64,000 bases of DNA from Felis catus (taxonomy: Eukaryota): positions 105,898,001-105,962,000 of the forward strand of contig NC_058373.1 of NCBI RefSeq assembly GCF_018350175.1, given 5' to 3'. Positions 1 to 12,099 of the stretch are shown here, in pieces. Under the pieces are notes generated by a model, which ran no database searches, was not told the origin of the DNA, and was given only the letters and a program-made list of their open reading frames with translations. Position 1 is the first letter of the stretch, and each line of letters begins with the position of its first letter. The position numbers were made by a program, and so were the translations under genes.

Positions 1-100
1 ATTCTGTGTCTCCCTCTCTCTCTGCCCCTCCCCCGTTCATGCTCTGTCTCTCTCTGTCCCAAAAATAAATAAACGTTGAAAAAAAAATAAAAAAATAAAA
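1..100 (+). mobile_element. 3' part of a young felid CAN-SINE
   Basis: CT-rich linker, AAATAAATAAACG and poly(A) tail. Confidence 0.9.
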
Positions 101-107
101 CCTTTAT

Positions 108-270
108 GGGTGCTTGGATGGCTCAGTTGGTTGAGCGTCCGACTCTTGATCTCAGCTCAGTTCTCGATCGCAGGATGGCGAGTCCAAACCCCACATGGGG
201 CACCACGCTGGGCGTGGAGCCTACTTCAAAAAATAATAAAATAAAAAATTTTAAAATAAGTAAATAAACC
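108..270 (+). mobile_element. Short CAN-SINE lacking the CT linker
   Basis: tRNA-like head GGGTGCTTGGATGGCTCAGTTGG followed directly by an A-rich tail. Confidence 0.8.
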
Positions 271-2267
271 TTTGGATTTAGCCCTTAAAAAGCTATTTAG
301 CACCACACAAATCGAGCAGTGGAAGTCAATGTCATCAAAGCCTGTGTGGAATTAGGAATAAACTACTTTCCTGATAGAAGAAGGTTTGGGGAGTCTTACT
401 CTGGCTTTAAAAAAGTATAATCCAGACATTTGGTATTCCTATAAATTCAAAAGCATGTGTTTAACTAGATTCAGAACACCAGCATCACTTGACCTAATTT
501 TCTATTTAAATTCCAAGTCATAATAAGAGTGTTTCAAGATAGTGAATGCTTAACATCCCATAGTGACTTTTATGTAAGGAACAGGAGCATGTTGTAAAAA
601 GGATAGATGCCCACAGACTTTACTGAATTCAGTACTCACATTTATTTCAAGACTAGTATTATTCAAGACTAGACCTGAATAGACAGAGCACATATTTTCA
701 TTTGCCTAAATGGCTAAAACGAAACTATCATGAGCCCAGCAACAGCGTCAGTGATCCACTGAGCCCACCAGTTTTGAAATCAATGCTATTTGTGATACAT
801 TTTTCATTTGTGGACTCTCATCTCAATTTCTGTACCTTAAGGAAAACCTTTTAATTTTTATATTGTACTATTTGAATTGAGAGAATTCAAAGTAACCACC
901 CTGTCTATATTAAATGTTACCTTATATATTAAATACCCGGATAGGCTTTTTAGAACTTAACATTTGACAAATTCATTGGAGAATACATTTTTACTTTACC
1001 ATATTACTTTGTAAGCAAGTTCTATGCAAGTTCTACTCGTATTATTTTCATTCAAGTATTAAAGTAATTTAATAACATCTTACTATTTGATACACTTCTT
1101 TAAGAAGCTGAGAGGACTTGTAAGGTGTTTGTGTCACTTTGAACTAATCTCCACTTGGAATGGGCTGCCTACCCCAACCCAGTGTTTTATGTGAAGGACA
1201 TAAATTACTCTGTTTTACGGTTGAGACACTGGGTCTCTGAGAAAGTGAAAAAAAAAAAAAAAACTTGAATTATGGGCAAGTCAACAACTAAATCAAACAA
1301 AGAATGGACAGATTTCTGTGCTTCTCGGCCTGTTGTTTCCTTCTTTGTTACACCGTAAGTAGGCTGCCTTTAGACCCAGAACCTGCCCTACCAATGTGAT
1401 GGAATTAATTGCATTATTTGAATTTAAAAAAAAAAAAGAAAAAAACTCCTTGTCATTTTCATGTGCGTAACTGGTAAGATAACAATCTTACAGTATCTTG
1501 AACTAGCAGTATCTGTTACCTTGATATAAAAAAATGCCAATGATTAATATGTAACAGGTCAACACTAACATGTTAACAAAGTTAACGTTGACGTCGCCTG
1601 GGAAAGAATGGCTCCATGAAGTTCGTGGAGCTGTAAGTATCCCATCGTCACGGAAAATGGGAGGGGGCCCTTTGAAGTTGGAAAGTCATTTAGTCTGGAG
1701 GCCTCAGAGGAGAACACTGCAACAACAGCAGCTGAGACAAAAGGAAAAACAACAACAACAACTTTTCATTCAGGATCTAATTCTGCAAAGACTGAGTCCT
1801 GACTGATTAGAGGGCATGTGACAGCCGAACAAGCTTGAATAATGAAACAGAGTGTGTTTTAGGTTTGGGACTAGGGAACTGGAGTCTCGAACTTTCTTTA
1901 AGTTCTTGCCAATGACTTGCAGCCTGACTTTACCTTAATTATTTATGCCCCTTCTTCCCCTCCAGTGTTTAGTCTCTTTGTCTATAAGAACAGGGGAGGG
2001 GGATCATTTGTAGCATGTTTTGTATGACACACACTGGAGTAACAAACTATGATAAAAAAAGTTCTGCTCAGTCCTGGCTGGAGACTAGTAGATATGCCAA
2101 ACCACCCAGAGCTGACTTAGAGCGTGGGTGAATTCCTAAGAAGCCATTATTTTCTTTCCTTCATTTACATTTCAATTTGAAAAATATTGGTAAGTACAGA
2201 AAAACAAAAAGAATTGAAATTCACATGAATCCAGAAATCATCATTGTTGACATTGGGTGTATTTCAG

Positions 2268-2302
<35 letters not shown>
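2268..2302 (+). repeat. (TG)n microsatellite
   Basis: Seen directly. Confidence 0.95.
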
Positions 2303-2304
<2 letters not shown>

Positions 2305-2661
2305 TATCGCACACTCTTAAGACACACACCATTAAAGATATTTTCAGTAAATGACAATCATACTACATATAGTGCTTTGTAGCCTGTAATATTCACTGAA
2401 TAGATAATATCTACATTTTAAAAAATAATTTTTAAAGATTTTTCATGGGTCCCATTTTATTCTATTAAATGCACCTAACATTATTTATTTAGTCAATCCT
2501 GTATTTTGAGATATTTAGGTTATTTTCAACTTTTTGTCATCAAAAAACATGCTGTATTAAATATCTTTGAACGTGAATCCATGTAGCCAAGTTGATTATA
2601 TGATTAAGATAAATTTTGGGTATTGAAATCACTAAGAGGATATTAACATTCTGGGCTCTTG

Positions 2662-2696
<35 letters not shown>

Positions 2697-2719
2697 CGTA
2701 TATATATACACATATATAC

Positions 2720-2763
<44 letters not shown>
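2662..2763 (+). repeat. Interrupted (TA)n microsatellite, ~100 bp
   Basis: Seen directly. Confidence 0.95.
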
Positions 2764-2765
<2 letters not shown>

Positions 2766-3688
2766 CCTAATGGCTTTCCAGGAAGGTTATACCAAATTGT
2801 GCTTACTTCAGTATAGTATGGGACTGTACATTTCCCCGAATTTTCTTTTTGCTTTAATATTTAATAGCTTTTAAAAAGAGTATTTTGCTTGCTTCAGTTT
2901 CTTTGATTATTAATGAGCAGTCTTATTGAAGTAGGATAAATATCTGTGCATTTTTAACTGAATCCCTTATTTTTCAAATTAGAAGACACAATCTACCATC
3001 TCATCACAAGAATGGCTGGCAGAGCAAATTTCTAGCTTACAGTTAAGAAGGTCTTAAGGGCTGAAATCCCCACAGGATACTCAGATATCTGCCAGCGATC
3101 TAGAACAGGAAAAATTGTGCAAATATATGGTGCCCTTGTTCTCCTTCCTGTCCCTCTGCCTTAACTGGCAGACGTCATTAAATGATGTGGCACCATTTTC
3201 TCAAAGAGCATAGATATACTCTCAGCAGTCTCCTCAACACCAGCTACTGTCATTCTGAGCTATTATCCCTCTTAGCTGGTACTTGAAATGAAACCAGTCT
3301 GACCTAGAGTTTAGCCTTCAGTTCTGTGGGAAAACATAAAGGCAGGAAACCTACAATGTTACCTGGCTGCAGCCTCTCCCTGTGTCCCAGTCTCCTTCCA
3401 AATATGTCAGCTACACACGAATGTTCCTGTTGTATATACTCCATTAATGTACACACTGCACCTGTGGGAGTTCTCGCCCCTTTCCATGTCCTCCTTAGTT
3501 TCTAGAACAGTACTCTATGAAGATACTCGATAAATAGCTGTTGGCTATCTGACGATATGATTGTCAGGATTCTTGCTAGATTTCTTCCTGCTCAGTATAA
3601 ATTCCTCCTCCAAAGTTTGCCTTCACTGTCCGACATCCAGTTATGTTTATTCTCCCTTACTATTCCTTTCATTTTAATGTCCATTTTT

Positions 3689-3899
3689 ATTTACTTTTTA
3701 AAGCGTATTTATTTATTTTGGGAGGGAGAGTGCACACAAGCGGGGAAGGGGCAGAGAGAGAGGGAGAGAGAATCCCAAGCAGGCTCCACACGGCCAGCAT
3801 GGACCCCAACCCAGGCCTCGGACCCACAAACTGCGAGAACCTGACCTGAGTTGAAACCAAGAGTCAGGCGCTGTACCCACTGAGCCACCCAGGTGCCCC
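3689..3899 (-). mobile_element. Older CAN-SINE
   Basis: Head ...CCCAGGTGCCCC; TSD TAATGTCC(A/C)TTTTT at 3675 and 3900. Confidence 0.9.
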
Positions 3900-3913
3900 T
3901 AATGTCCCTTTTT

Positions 3914-4136
3914 TTTTTTTTAATTTTTTTTTCAACGTTTATTTATTTTTGGGACAGAGAGAGACAGAGCATGAACGGGGGAGGGGCAGAGAGAGAGGGA
4001 GACACAGAATCGGAAACAGGCCCCAGGCTCCGAGCCATCAGCCCAGAGCCTGACGCGGGGCTCGAACTCCCGGACCGCGAGATCGTGACCTGGCTGAAGT
4101 CGGACGCTTAACCGACTGCGCCACCCAGGCGCCCCC
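3914..4136 (-). mobile_element. Young SINEC_Fc-like element
   Basis: CpGs intact; TSD TAATGTCCCTTTTT at 3900 and 4138. Confidence 0.95.
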
Positions 4137-4554
4137 TTAATGTCCCTTTTTAATGCAACTGTTACCATTCCCTACTAAAGAGACACCATTTCATGGGATC
4201 CCGAATAGCCATGTCCCAGAAGAGGATAAGCCCAGAAGAGGATGACTGCTGTGTGGCATCTTTAGAGATCAATAAAATCACTTTTATGTAGACCAGCCAT
4301 CTTGGAGAAGTGGTGCCCTTTCATTTTGCTGCAGAAGAAAGAGGCAGCTGGTGAAGAGTCAATAACGTGAGCTGCACGTTCGGTGAGAAGCAGGACCGAG
4401 CTGGAGGAATTGATGCCGAATGACTAGTCAGCCTTTCTCAGAAAGGAGCTTAGCCTGGTCCCCAGTTTCTGCATCTCCCCTCTTGCAACAGCTTGGGCCA
4501 CCCACAACCAATCCTGACCTTAGGCAGAAAGGCTGTTAAGATGTTCTAGTCCCT

Positions 4555-4783
4555 GGGGCGCCTGGGTGGCGCAGTCGGTTAAGCGTCCGACTTCAGCCAG
4601 GTCACGATCTCGCGGTCCGTGAGTTCGAGCCCCGCGTCAGGCTCTGGGCTGATGGCTCGGAGCCTGGAGCCTGTTTCAGATTCTGTGTCTCCCTCTCTCT
4701 GCCCCTCCCCCGTTCATGCTCTGTCTCTCTCTGTCCCAAAAATAAATAAACATTGAAAAAAAAAATTAAAAAAAAAAAAAAAA
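4555..4783 (+). mobile_element. Young SINEC_Fc-like element
   Basis: Full length with long A tail; perfect TSD AAGATGTTCTAGTCCC (4538, 4784). Confidence 0.95.
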
Positions 4784-4859
4784 AAGATGTTCTAGTCCCA
4801 TTTGAGATTCTGCGCATCTGGCTCTGACCTGGGCGCAAGAATTGATCATGGGACCTCCC

Positions 4860-5950
4860 ATACATTCAGTCAGTCATTCAGTTCTTCAACATTTTTGAGT
4901 ATCTATGATGTTCCAGGCACACAGTGAGCAAGATAGGCATGATTCCTGCCAAAGACAATATAAGGAATAGTTTGGGGGAGCTTTCGATACCCCCACAATC
5001 TCCATTAGCCCTCCTCACCCCAAATAAATCCCCACCCCAAATAAATTTCTAGCCCGTCTTATAACCAGATTTTCTACTCAAATCCACTCTTATGGAAATT
5101 CTGGAGCTACTATTTGTCTGATCCCTGCCTTCAAAGAACTTAACATTTTGTGGGTCAAACACCAACAAGTAAGCCGTCAGTGACAACCCAGTACGACAGG
5201 TGCTCTGATGGGGGCACTAGCTATGCTGTGGATACTCAGAAAGGACACTGAACCAAGGTTCATGGAAATGACATTCAAGATAAGACCTAAAGCGCGATAT
5301 GACTTAGGTAGCAAGAGAGGTAGGGGAAGGAGTCCTCATCAGAGGATTCGGTATCTACAAAGGCTAGAAGGAAATAGGATTTAGTCTGAGAACTCTGAGT
5401 TTGGGAAGGTAGAACGTGAGTAGGTGAAGGGTAAGAGAAACAAGGTAAATCACAAGATATGAGGTTGGGGAAATGGGCAGGGCTAGATGGAACAGGGCTA
5501 TAGGTTGTGGGGTTTGGATTCTATCCTAAAAGAAATGGGAAGCCATCCTGTTTTTGGGTTTTTTTTTTAAGTGTTCATTTATTTATTTATTTTGAGAGCG
5601 AGAGCACGCATGAAGGAGAGGCAGAGAGAGAGAGAGAGAATCCCAAGCAGGCTCTTCACTGTCATCGCAGAGCCTGACAAGGGGCTCAAACTCACAACCG
5701 TAAGATTACGGCCTGAGCCGAAATCAGTAGTCGGGCGCTAAACCAACGGAGCCACCCAGGGACCCCGGGAAGCCAATGTGTTTTAAGCAAGCAAACGAAC
5801 TGATCGGTTTGTGTTTAGAAAGAGTCCTCTAGCCACAGGGTGGAGAATGAAGGAGAAAAAAACAAAGCTGTAGAGGAGGGTTTCGCCCAGACTGCAGATG
5901 ATCATGTGGCTGGAGCCAGGGCAGTGGCAATAGAGATGGGAAGAAGTATG
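4860..5950 (-). mobile_element. Degenerate L2 fragments interrupted by a CAN-SINE (~5560-5768, -)
   Basis: CATTCA-type L2 tail at ~4863 and L2-like body; SINE head at ~5760. Confidence 0.6.
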
Positions 5951-5955
5951 AGGCT

Positions 5956-6410
5956 TGTGTTAGTTTTCCAGGGGCTATCACAGAGTACCATACACTGGCT
6001 GGCTTAAAACAACAGAAATGTATTACCTCACAGTTATGGGGGCTAGAAGTTTGAAACCAAGGTGTTGGCAGGGCCATGCTTGCCCTGACGCCTCAAGCAG
6101 AGAACCTTCCTTGACTCTTACAGCTTCTGGCATTTGCCAACAATTCCTAGCCCGTAGATCCACTGCCCCAGTAACATAGCCACGCTTCCCCTGTCTCCAT
6201 ATCATCTTCCCTCCGTATGGGTCTGTCTCTGTGTCCAAATTTCCCCTTTATAAAAACACCAGTTGCATTGGATTAAAGCCCACCCTAATGACCTCATTTA
6301 ACGTGACTACATCTATAAAGACTTTATTTCCAAAAAAGGTCACACTCCGAAGTAGTGGGAATTAAGACTTCAACATATCTTTTCTAAGGGATAGAGTTTA
6401 ACCCGTAACA
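5956..6410 (-). mobile_element. MaLR solo LTR (MLT1C-like)
   Basis: TG...CA ends; typical GGCTTAAAACAACAGAAAT and TGTCCAAATTTCCCC motifs. Confidence 0.85.
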
Positions 6411-6756
6411 GGGATTCTTTTTTTACTCTAAGTCCCATGCTCCACCTGATGCCCAGGGTCAGACAGGTGCCTGGTTCCCCGGGCTTTTTCCACTGGCCTC
6501 CAGAACAGCAGTGGCTTGTTCTTAATAGTCCTCATTCCAAAGGCCAGAGACTTGTCTCAGCCAGGGAAACGGGGTCTTTGGGACTTTCCTCCTGCTACTG
6601 CTTGCCAGTTCAGCTCTCAGAATATTCTCTGTATCTGAATTCTTCAGCCGAGGCTCTGTCCATCTTCCACAACATCCCATTCCCAGGAGGCAACATTCCT
6701 GTTGCCAATTGCCATCCCTGACTATCATCTGTTACCTATTTTGCAATCCACTAGAT

Positions 6757-7190
6757 TAGTGTTTCTCAGAGTGTGGTCCACAGACTACCTGCAGCAGAAT
6801 CACTCAGGAGTACTGTTAAAAATGTCATTTATTTTGACCCATCCAACCCCATTGAATCAGAACCTCTAGGTGTGGGGTCCACGACTCCATGTTTCTGACT
6901 AGCTATCCTTGTGGTTTTTTTGTTTGTTTTTTGTTTTCAACGTTTATTTATTTTTGGGACAGAGAAAGACAGAGCATGAACGGGGGAGGGGCAGAGAGAG
7001 AGGGAGACACAGAATCGGAAACAGGCTCCAGGCTCTGAGCCATCAGCCCAGAGCCTGACGCGGGGCTCGAACTCCCGGACCGCGAGATCGTGACCTGGCT
7101 GAAGTCGGACGCTTAACTGACTGCGCCACCCAGGCGCCCCGCTATCCTTGTGGTTTTTATGAACACTCAAGTTTCAGGGTCATTACTCCT
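6757..7190. mobile_element. MER5-like hAT element interrupted by a SINE
   Basis: AGTGTTTCTCAGAGTGTGGTCC... start; resumes after the SINE. Confidence 0.7.
6920..7140 (-). mobile_element. Young SINEC_Fc-like element
   Basis: Perfect 18-bp TSD GCTATCCTTGTGGTTTTT (6902, 7141). Confidence 0.95.
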
Positions 7191-7514
7191 GTAGGCTCTG
7201 CCTCTCAGAGATAGCACTATATTTGAATGCAGATGTTCTTTCCAGTCAGACCCATACTGTCATGGTTAAATCAACCCTTCCGAGCCTCCAGTTTAAGTCT
7301 CACACAGAGAGGAAAGAATAGTACTGAAATAAACCATCCCTCAGGAAGAAAAGACCCAAGTATTGGGATTTCACTGCGCCTTTTGGTAAAGATGTAGAAT
7401 TCCATACAACTCATGAAAATGAGAATAAAACTATTTATTGAAGGACTCTTTAAGAATATCCCCCGAAATTAAAAACCTGAAACAGTATCCCCAATAGAAT
7501 CACCTAAAGATTAA

Positions 7515-7609
7515 AGTCATGATCTCACAGTTGTGACTTTGAGCCCTGCATTGGGCTCATTGCTGTCAGCACGGAGCCTGCTTTGGATCCTCTGGCTCTC
7601 CCTGGCTTG

Positions 7610-7650
<41 letters not shown>

Positions 7651-7680
7651 AAATGCATAAACAGACAAAACATTAAACAT
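7515..7680 (+). mobile_element. 5'-truncated CAN-SINE with (TC)n
   Basis: GTCATGATCTCACAG...GAGCCTGCTT followed by (TC)n. Confidence 0.8.
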
Positions 7681-9019
7681 GGTATATGTATTTATATGTA
7701 TAAAATGTATATACGTATATATTTTCTGTATATGTATAAAACTGATAGCAGAGATAGATAATCCAGAGCCCTGACTGCATCTCTCAAGCCCACTCATTCC
7801 CCACCCTACTCCAAAAAAAAAAAACAAAAACAAACAAACATGTCATAGCCTGAAAGTTTTCTATCACCTGATATTTAGTTTCAAAGAGCAAGTCTGCCTT
7901 ATTCTTGCTGTTTTTTAAATTTTAGGCTTCTGGAATTTGGCTGCAATATAAGGGAGTTATAGGATAGATGTCAGTATGCAAAAAATACTAATTTTTAGAG
8001 TTTGGTTCACAAATGATTTCTTATAATTTTCCTTGCGGGATAAAGGTTCAACTCTGTTTAAGCACCAGAAGAGAGAAGGCATGGGGCCCAGTGCAGAAAC
8101 AACCATCCTGCGGGTACTGAGTAAATATTTGATGATGCTGACCCTATTCTTGCCCAAGGCTAAGAGACTGTCACCAACAGAGGGATAGATGATCATCCCT
8201 CAAGCGGTTTGGTCTTCTTTGTACATAAAACTCGTATCAGACTTTTACTTATTAATGACATTTTGTGTTGTAATGATGGTGGGATTTTGTAAGCACAGAT
8301 GCCTACCAGTTATCTCCGTCTATAGAATAGAGTTGAGAAACTCCAAAACAATGCGTGGGTCGACAGGATGACTGATCTCACCTTTAAAGTAAAGGAAGAA
8401 CTAAAGTAGTTCTTTAAATAGGTCAAGTCTAAATAAACTGACTTGAACTTCAGTGATACTTCCTGGATATTTCAGCCAAGTTGGGATGTTATTCGCTTCA
8501 TTTGCTCATTTTATAAAGATGAACCCACCACAATTACACTAACTTTAAAGGAAAGGATGTTTCCATTTATTTGTTTTTAATTCAACAAACTTGCATTTCT
8601 AATAATCAACAACCAGCGTGTATGTAACCAACATCTGATATGTCTTATTAATCTGTTTTTAACCCTGCTTTCATAATTCAAAAGGTGAACTCCCGATTTC
8701 TTTTTCTGTGTTTTTACATGGATGTTCTTTAAATAGTTGATGCTAGGGTGAAGGAGTTTTATAGTAACAGGCAAACCAGAGATTGTTGAACCTCTGACTC
8801 CACCAGAGACCTGGCAAATTTTACTGGAGTAAGAGGGAGCTTGTCTTTGCTGCGTTCTTGTCTCCTTTTTGACCTGGGACCTGCTATCTTCACAGCACTC
8901 TCTTCTGAGTCTCCCCAAGTTGTCTTCTGTTGTGCACAGCCTCTTTTAAGATATCAGGTAGGTTTTACTTTCCGTCACCCTCCCCAAGTACTCTGTAAAA
9001 TGAAAAATATAAAATGCCA

Positions 9020-9200
9020 GGGCACCTGGGTGGCTCAGTTGGTTAAGTGTCCGGCTCTTGATTTTGGCTCAGGTCATGATCTCACAGTTTGTGAGTTCAA
9101 GCTCTACTTGCGATTTTCTCTCTCCTTCTCTCTGCCCCTATCCTGCTCTCTCATGCTCTTTCTCTCTCTCTCTAAAACAAATAAATAAAAACCTTAAAAT
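9020..9200 (+). mobile_element. CAN-SINE with internal deletion
   Basis: GGGCACCTGGGTGGCTCAG head; A-rich tail. Confidence 0.9.
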
Positions 9201-9292
9201 ATTACATTCTCATTTTCCCCATTCTATTTCAAAGTATTTTCCTTAGTTAGGAATTAAGAAAACTTTGCTGATTAATTAAAGTGGCTCATATT

Positions 9293-9514
9293 GGGTCACC
9301 TAGGTGGCTCAGTCTGTTAAGCATCTGACTCTTGGTTTCAGTTCAGGTCATGACCTGAGTGGTTCATGAGTTCGAGCCCCACATCAGGCTCTGCACTGAT
9401 AGTGTGGAGCCTGCTTGGGATTCTCTCCCTCCCTCTCTCTGCTCCTCCCACATGCACATGTTCTCTCTCTCTCTCTCTCTCAAAATAAAGAAACTTTAAA
9501 AAAATTTAAAAAAT
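9293..9514 (+). mobile_element. CAN-SINE
   Basis: TSD AAAGTGGCTCATATT. Confidence 0.9.
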
Positions 9515-10236
9515 AAAGTGGCTCATATTAATGTTATATTATAAAACAGGAATATGTTAGATTGAATGTGGAAAGAAAGACAATGAAATGGAATTCTCAG
9601 GAGCCCTCAGCATGGCTGGCTTCTTCATGGCCTTCCTTCTCCATGACAGAGAAACAGGGGGAACAATTGGGCACCCCATCTTTGAAAGGATCCCTCCTCA
9701 TCTTCCTATAATAGTGCATCCATTCCAATTCACTCTTCCCTGGTTAGGCTCAGCCTTTCACATATAAATATGACTATGCTTTGATGATCTTATATGGAAA
9801 ACTCAGAGAGAGTTACTTTTTCACCCACTACCATAACGCGTTCCTTCCAAAACCCAGAAAGAAGGTACGAAGAAAGCTTTGGTTTTCCTTCATTTTGTCT
9901 TCTCTTGACACAGAGTCATTTTTCTGGTTTTAAGTACTGTTAGGCAATTTGGGAATTTCAAACTATGTAAATAAACACCCTCTTCTCTAAGTTTCAGTTA
10001 TACATAAATTAAACTACTTCCTTAAAAGACTTTTTGGAAAGCAGTGGCCAGCTTGGAAACGTGTGTCAGTTTTTCATTGAACTCAATTCAGAAACAGCTC
10101 TGTAGCATGTTGTTAGTACTCATTTTTAAGGAGCAGCTCTAAAAGGATTCACTGGGACAAACATTAGGTTGAGTTTTAAAAGGCCAAGGTAGGGGAGGCT
10201 TTTAGTAGTTGCAGATTTTATAAGTTTAAAAATTGT

Positions 10237-10450
10237 GGGGGCACCTGGGTGGCTCAGTCGGTTAAGCGTCCGACTTCGGCTCAGGTCATGATCTCACGGT
10301 CTGTGAGTTCGAGCCCCACGTCGGGCTCTGTACTGACAGCTCAGAGCCTGGAGCCTGCTTCAGATTCTGTGTCTTCCTCTCTCTCTGACCCTCCCCTGTT
10401 CATGCTCTGTCTCTCTCGGTCTCAAAAAATAAATAAATAAACATTAAAAA
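10237..10450 (+). mobile_element. Felid CAN-SINE
   Basis: Full length; TSD AAAAATTGTG. Confidence 0.92.
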
Positions 10451-10572
10451 AAAATTGTGAACTAGTGTCCTTTACACTCCTTATTTCTTTTCTAATGAGG
10501 CACTTTGGGTTAAGTTCTATTTTTAAATGTATCTGAGCCTATTGAGAAGAAATTTAAACAAGGGCCTAGGAT

Positions 10573-10756
10573 GGGGCACCTGGGTGGCTCAGTCCATCAG
10601 GCGTCCGACTTTGGCTCAGGCCATGATCTTGCGGTTTGTGAGTTCGAGCCCTGCGACCTGCGTCAGCTCCTCTGTCCCCTTCTCTCTCTCCCCCAACCCC
10701 GCACGCACACGCATGCACGCGCATGCTCTCTCAAAAATAAACATTAAAAAAAAAAG
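10573..10756 (+). mobile_element. CAN-SINE with internal deletion
   Basis: Head and tail present; middle shortened. Confidence 0.85.
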
Positions 10757-11279
10757 TCTTAAACAAAGACCAGGATACTGGTTCCAGTCAAACTTTAACC
10801 TCCAAGACCAAAATCCACCCAAGCTGGCTGAGTTTAGCATTAGAACAAACTCAGCTTAGGGACAGTGCCATAACACAGGGTAGCAACTGCACAAATCACG
10901 TTTCGCCAAGCAGCATTTTGAGTGCAAGTCTAAAGTACGGCAGGAAGGAAAGTTTATGGCATTTTCCCTCTCCATTTTGAGATTTAGCAACCGTGCTTCA
11001 CAATAGAAGGAAAAATATGACTGTCATTGAATAGCAGAATGCATGTTTACAGAAGGAATTGTGGGTTTCATCATGCAAACAACCAATTCAGCATATAAGC
11101 ATTTCAAGCTGATAAAAAGGTAGATCAAGGGGAATCCACAACTAAAGCACTCAGGAGGGGAGAGAGCCTGATGTAATACCGCATACAAGTAACATTTGAA
11201 GGCATGCTCACTAGTGACACTCTTCCTGTTGTTATGCAATACTAGAAGTCTGCAGAAGAAACTTCATTTATTTCTTAGT

Positions 11280-11499
11280 TTTTAAAAATTTTTTCAATGT
11301 GTATTTATTTTTGAGAGAGAGAGACACATGGAGCCCAAGCAGCAGAGGGCAGAGAGAGAGGGAGACACAGAATCCGAAGCAGGTTCCAGGCTCTGAGCTG
11401 TCCGCACAGAGCCTGACGCAGGGATCGAACTCACAGACTGTGACATCATAACCTGAGCCAAAGTTGGATGCTTAACTGACAGAGCAACCCAGGTGCCCC
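11280..11499 (-). mobile_element. CAN-SINE
   Basis: Reverse head CCCAGGTGCCCC at ~11490. Confidence 0.9.
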
Positions 11500-11539
11500 T
11501 GCCGAAGAACCTTTATACAGGTAGTGGTGATGGTTAGAA

Positions 11540-11870
11540 TATAGATCAAGATACTATAACCCAACACTACAGTGGCTTAAGTAAGATCGGTTTATTTCTC
11601 TCACATGTTATCGGCCAGAGATAGTTGGCCGTTCCAGGGCAAGTGGGGGGCTCTGTTTCAAGGTTACACAGGGAGCCAGGTTGCTTTGATTTTGCTGCCC
11701 TGCTTCCTGTTAAGATGTTGCTCTCATCTTCATGATTGACAGTGGCTCACTAGTACCAGACCATATGCCAACTATGAAGAGCAAGAAATGACAAAGTGGA
11801 GGGCAACCAACCTCTTTTTCAAAGACATGCCCCAGAAATGACATACATCATGTATCCCCGCCGCTAGATA
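11540..11870. mobile_element. Old MaLR (MLT1-type) fragment
   Basis: CAGTGGCTTAA...TTTATTTCTCTCACATG motif. Confidence 0.5.
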
Positions 11871-11967
11871 CAAAGGTGTGTGGGAAAATCTAAAACTCAA
11901 TGGCTCTTCTTGCTCAAAGGGGAATGGATATTGGCGTTCAATTCAATTCAATTCAATTGGCTTCTGA

Positions 11968-12003
<36 letters not shown>
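11968..12003 (+). repeat. (TG)n microsatellite
   Basis: Seen directly. Confidence 0.95.
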
Positions 12004-12006
<3 letters not shown>

Positions 12007-12099
12007 CACACTCTCATACACAAGCATTTGTAAGAATAATTAGGGGCTTACATAGAAGGCAGGATTACCTAATGATTAAAATAGATCCATGGTAGATTT

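Larger units (their letters stand above)
2140..2920 (-). mobile_element. Old L1M(E)-like 3' fragment containing microsatellites
   Basis: Degenerate L1 3'UTR-like AT-rich sequence. Confidence 0.5.

Noticed and set aside
640..836. Possible downstream - strand exon(s) for the signal-peptide-like exon (donor AAT|GTGAGT at 640)
   Set aside because: Acceptors at ~836, 713 and 705 all give early stops in phase 1, so no coherent CDS can be built.
1570..1806. Gln-rich 78-aa + strand ORF
   Set aside because: The Gln run is only a short (CAA)n/A-rich tract, the antisense of a polypyrimidine tract. No homolog recognised.
4214..4243. Short direct duplications (CCCAGAAGAGGAT x2; similar at ~646, ~1014, ~5016)
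   Set aside because: Ordinary slippage duplications with only two copies and no repeat-spacer array. Nothing CRISPR-like in the window.
4555..4640. tRNA-like A/B boxes
   Set aside because: These are tRNA-derived SINE heads followed by a CT linker, poly(A) and TSDs, not tRNA genes.
10249..10440. Recurrent MAQSVKRPTSAQVMIS... ORF family across the window
   Set aside because: Translations of CAN-SINEs, not a gene family.
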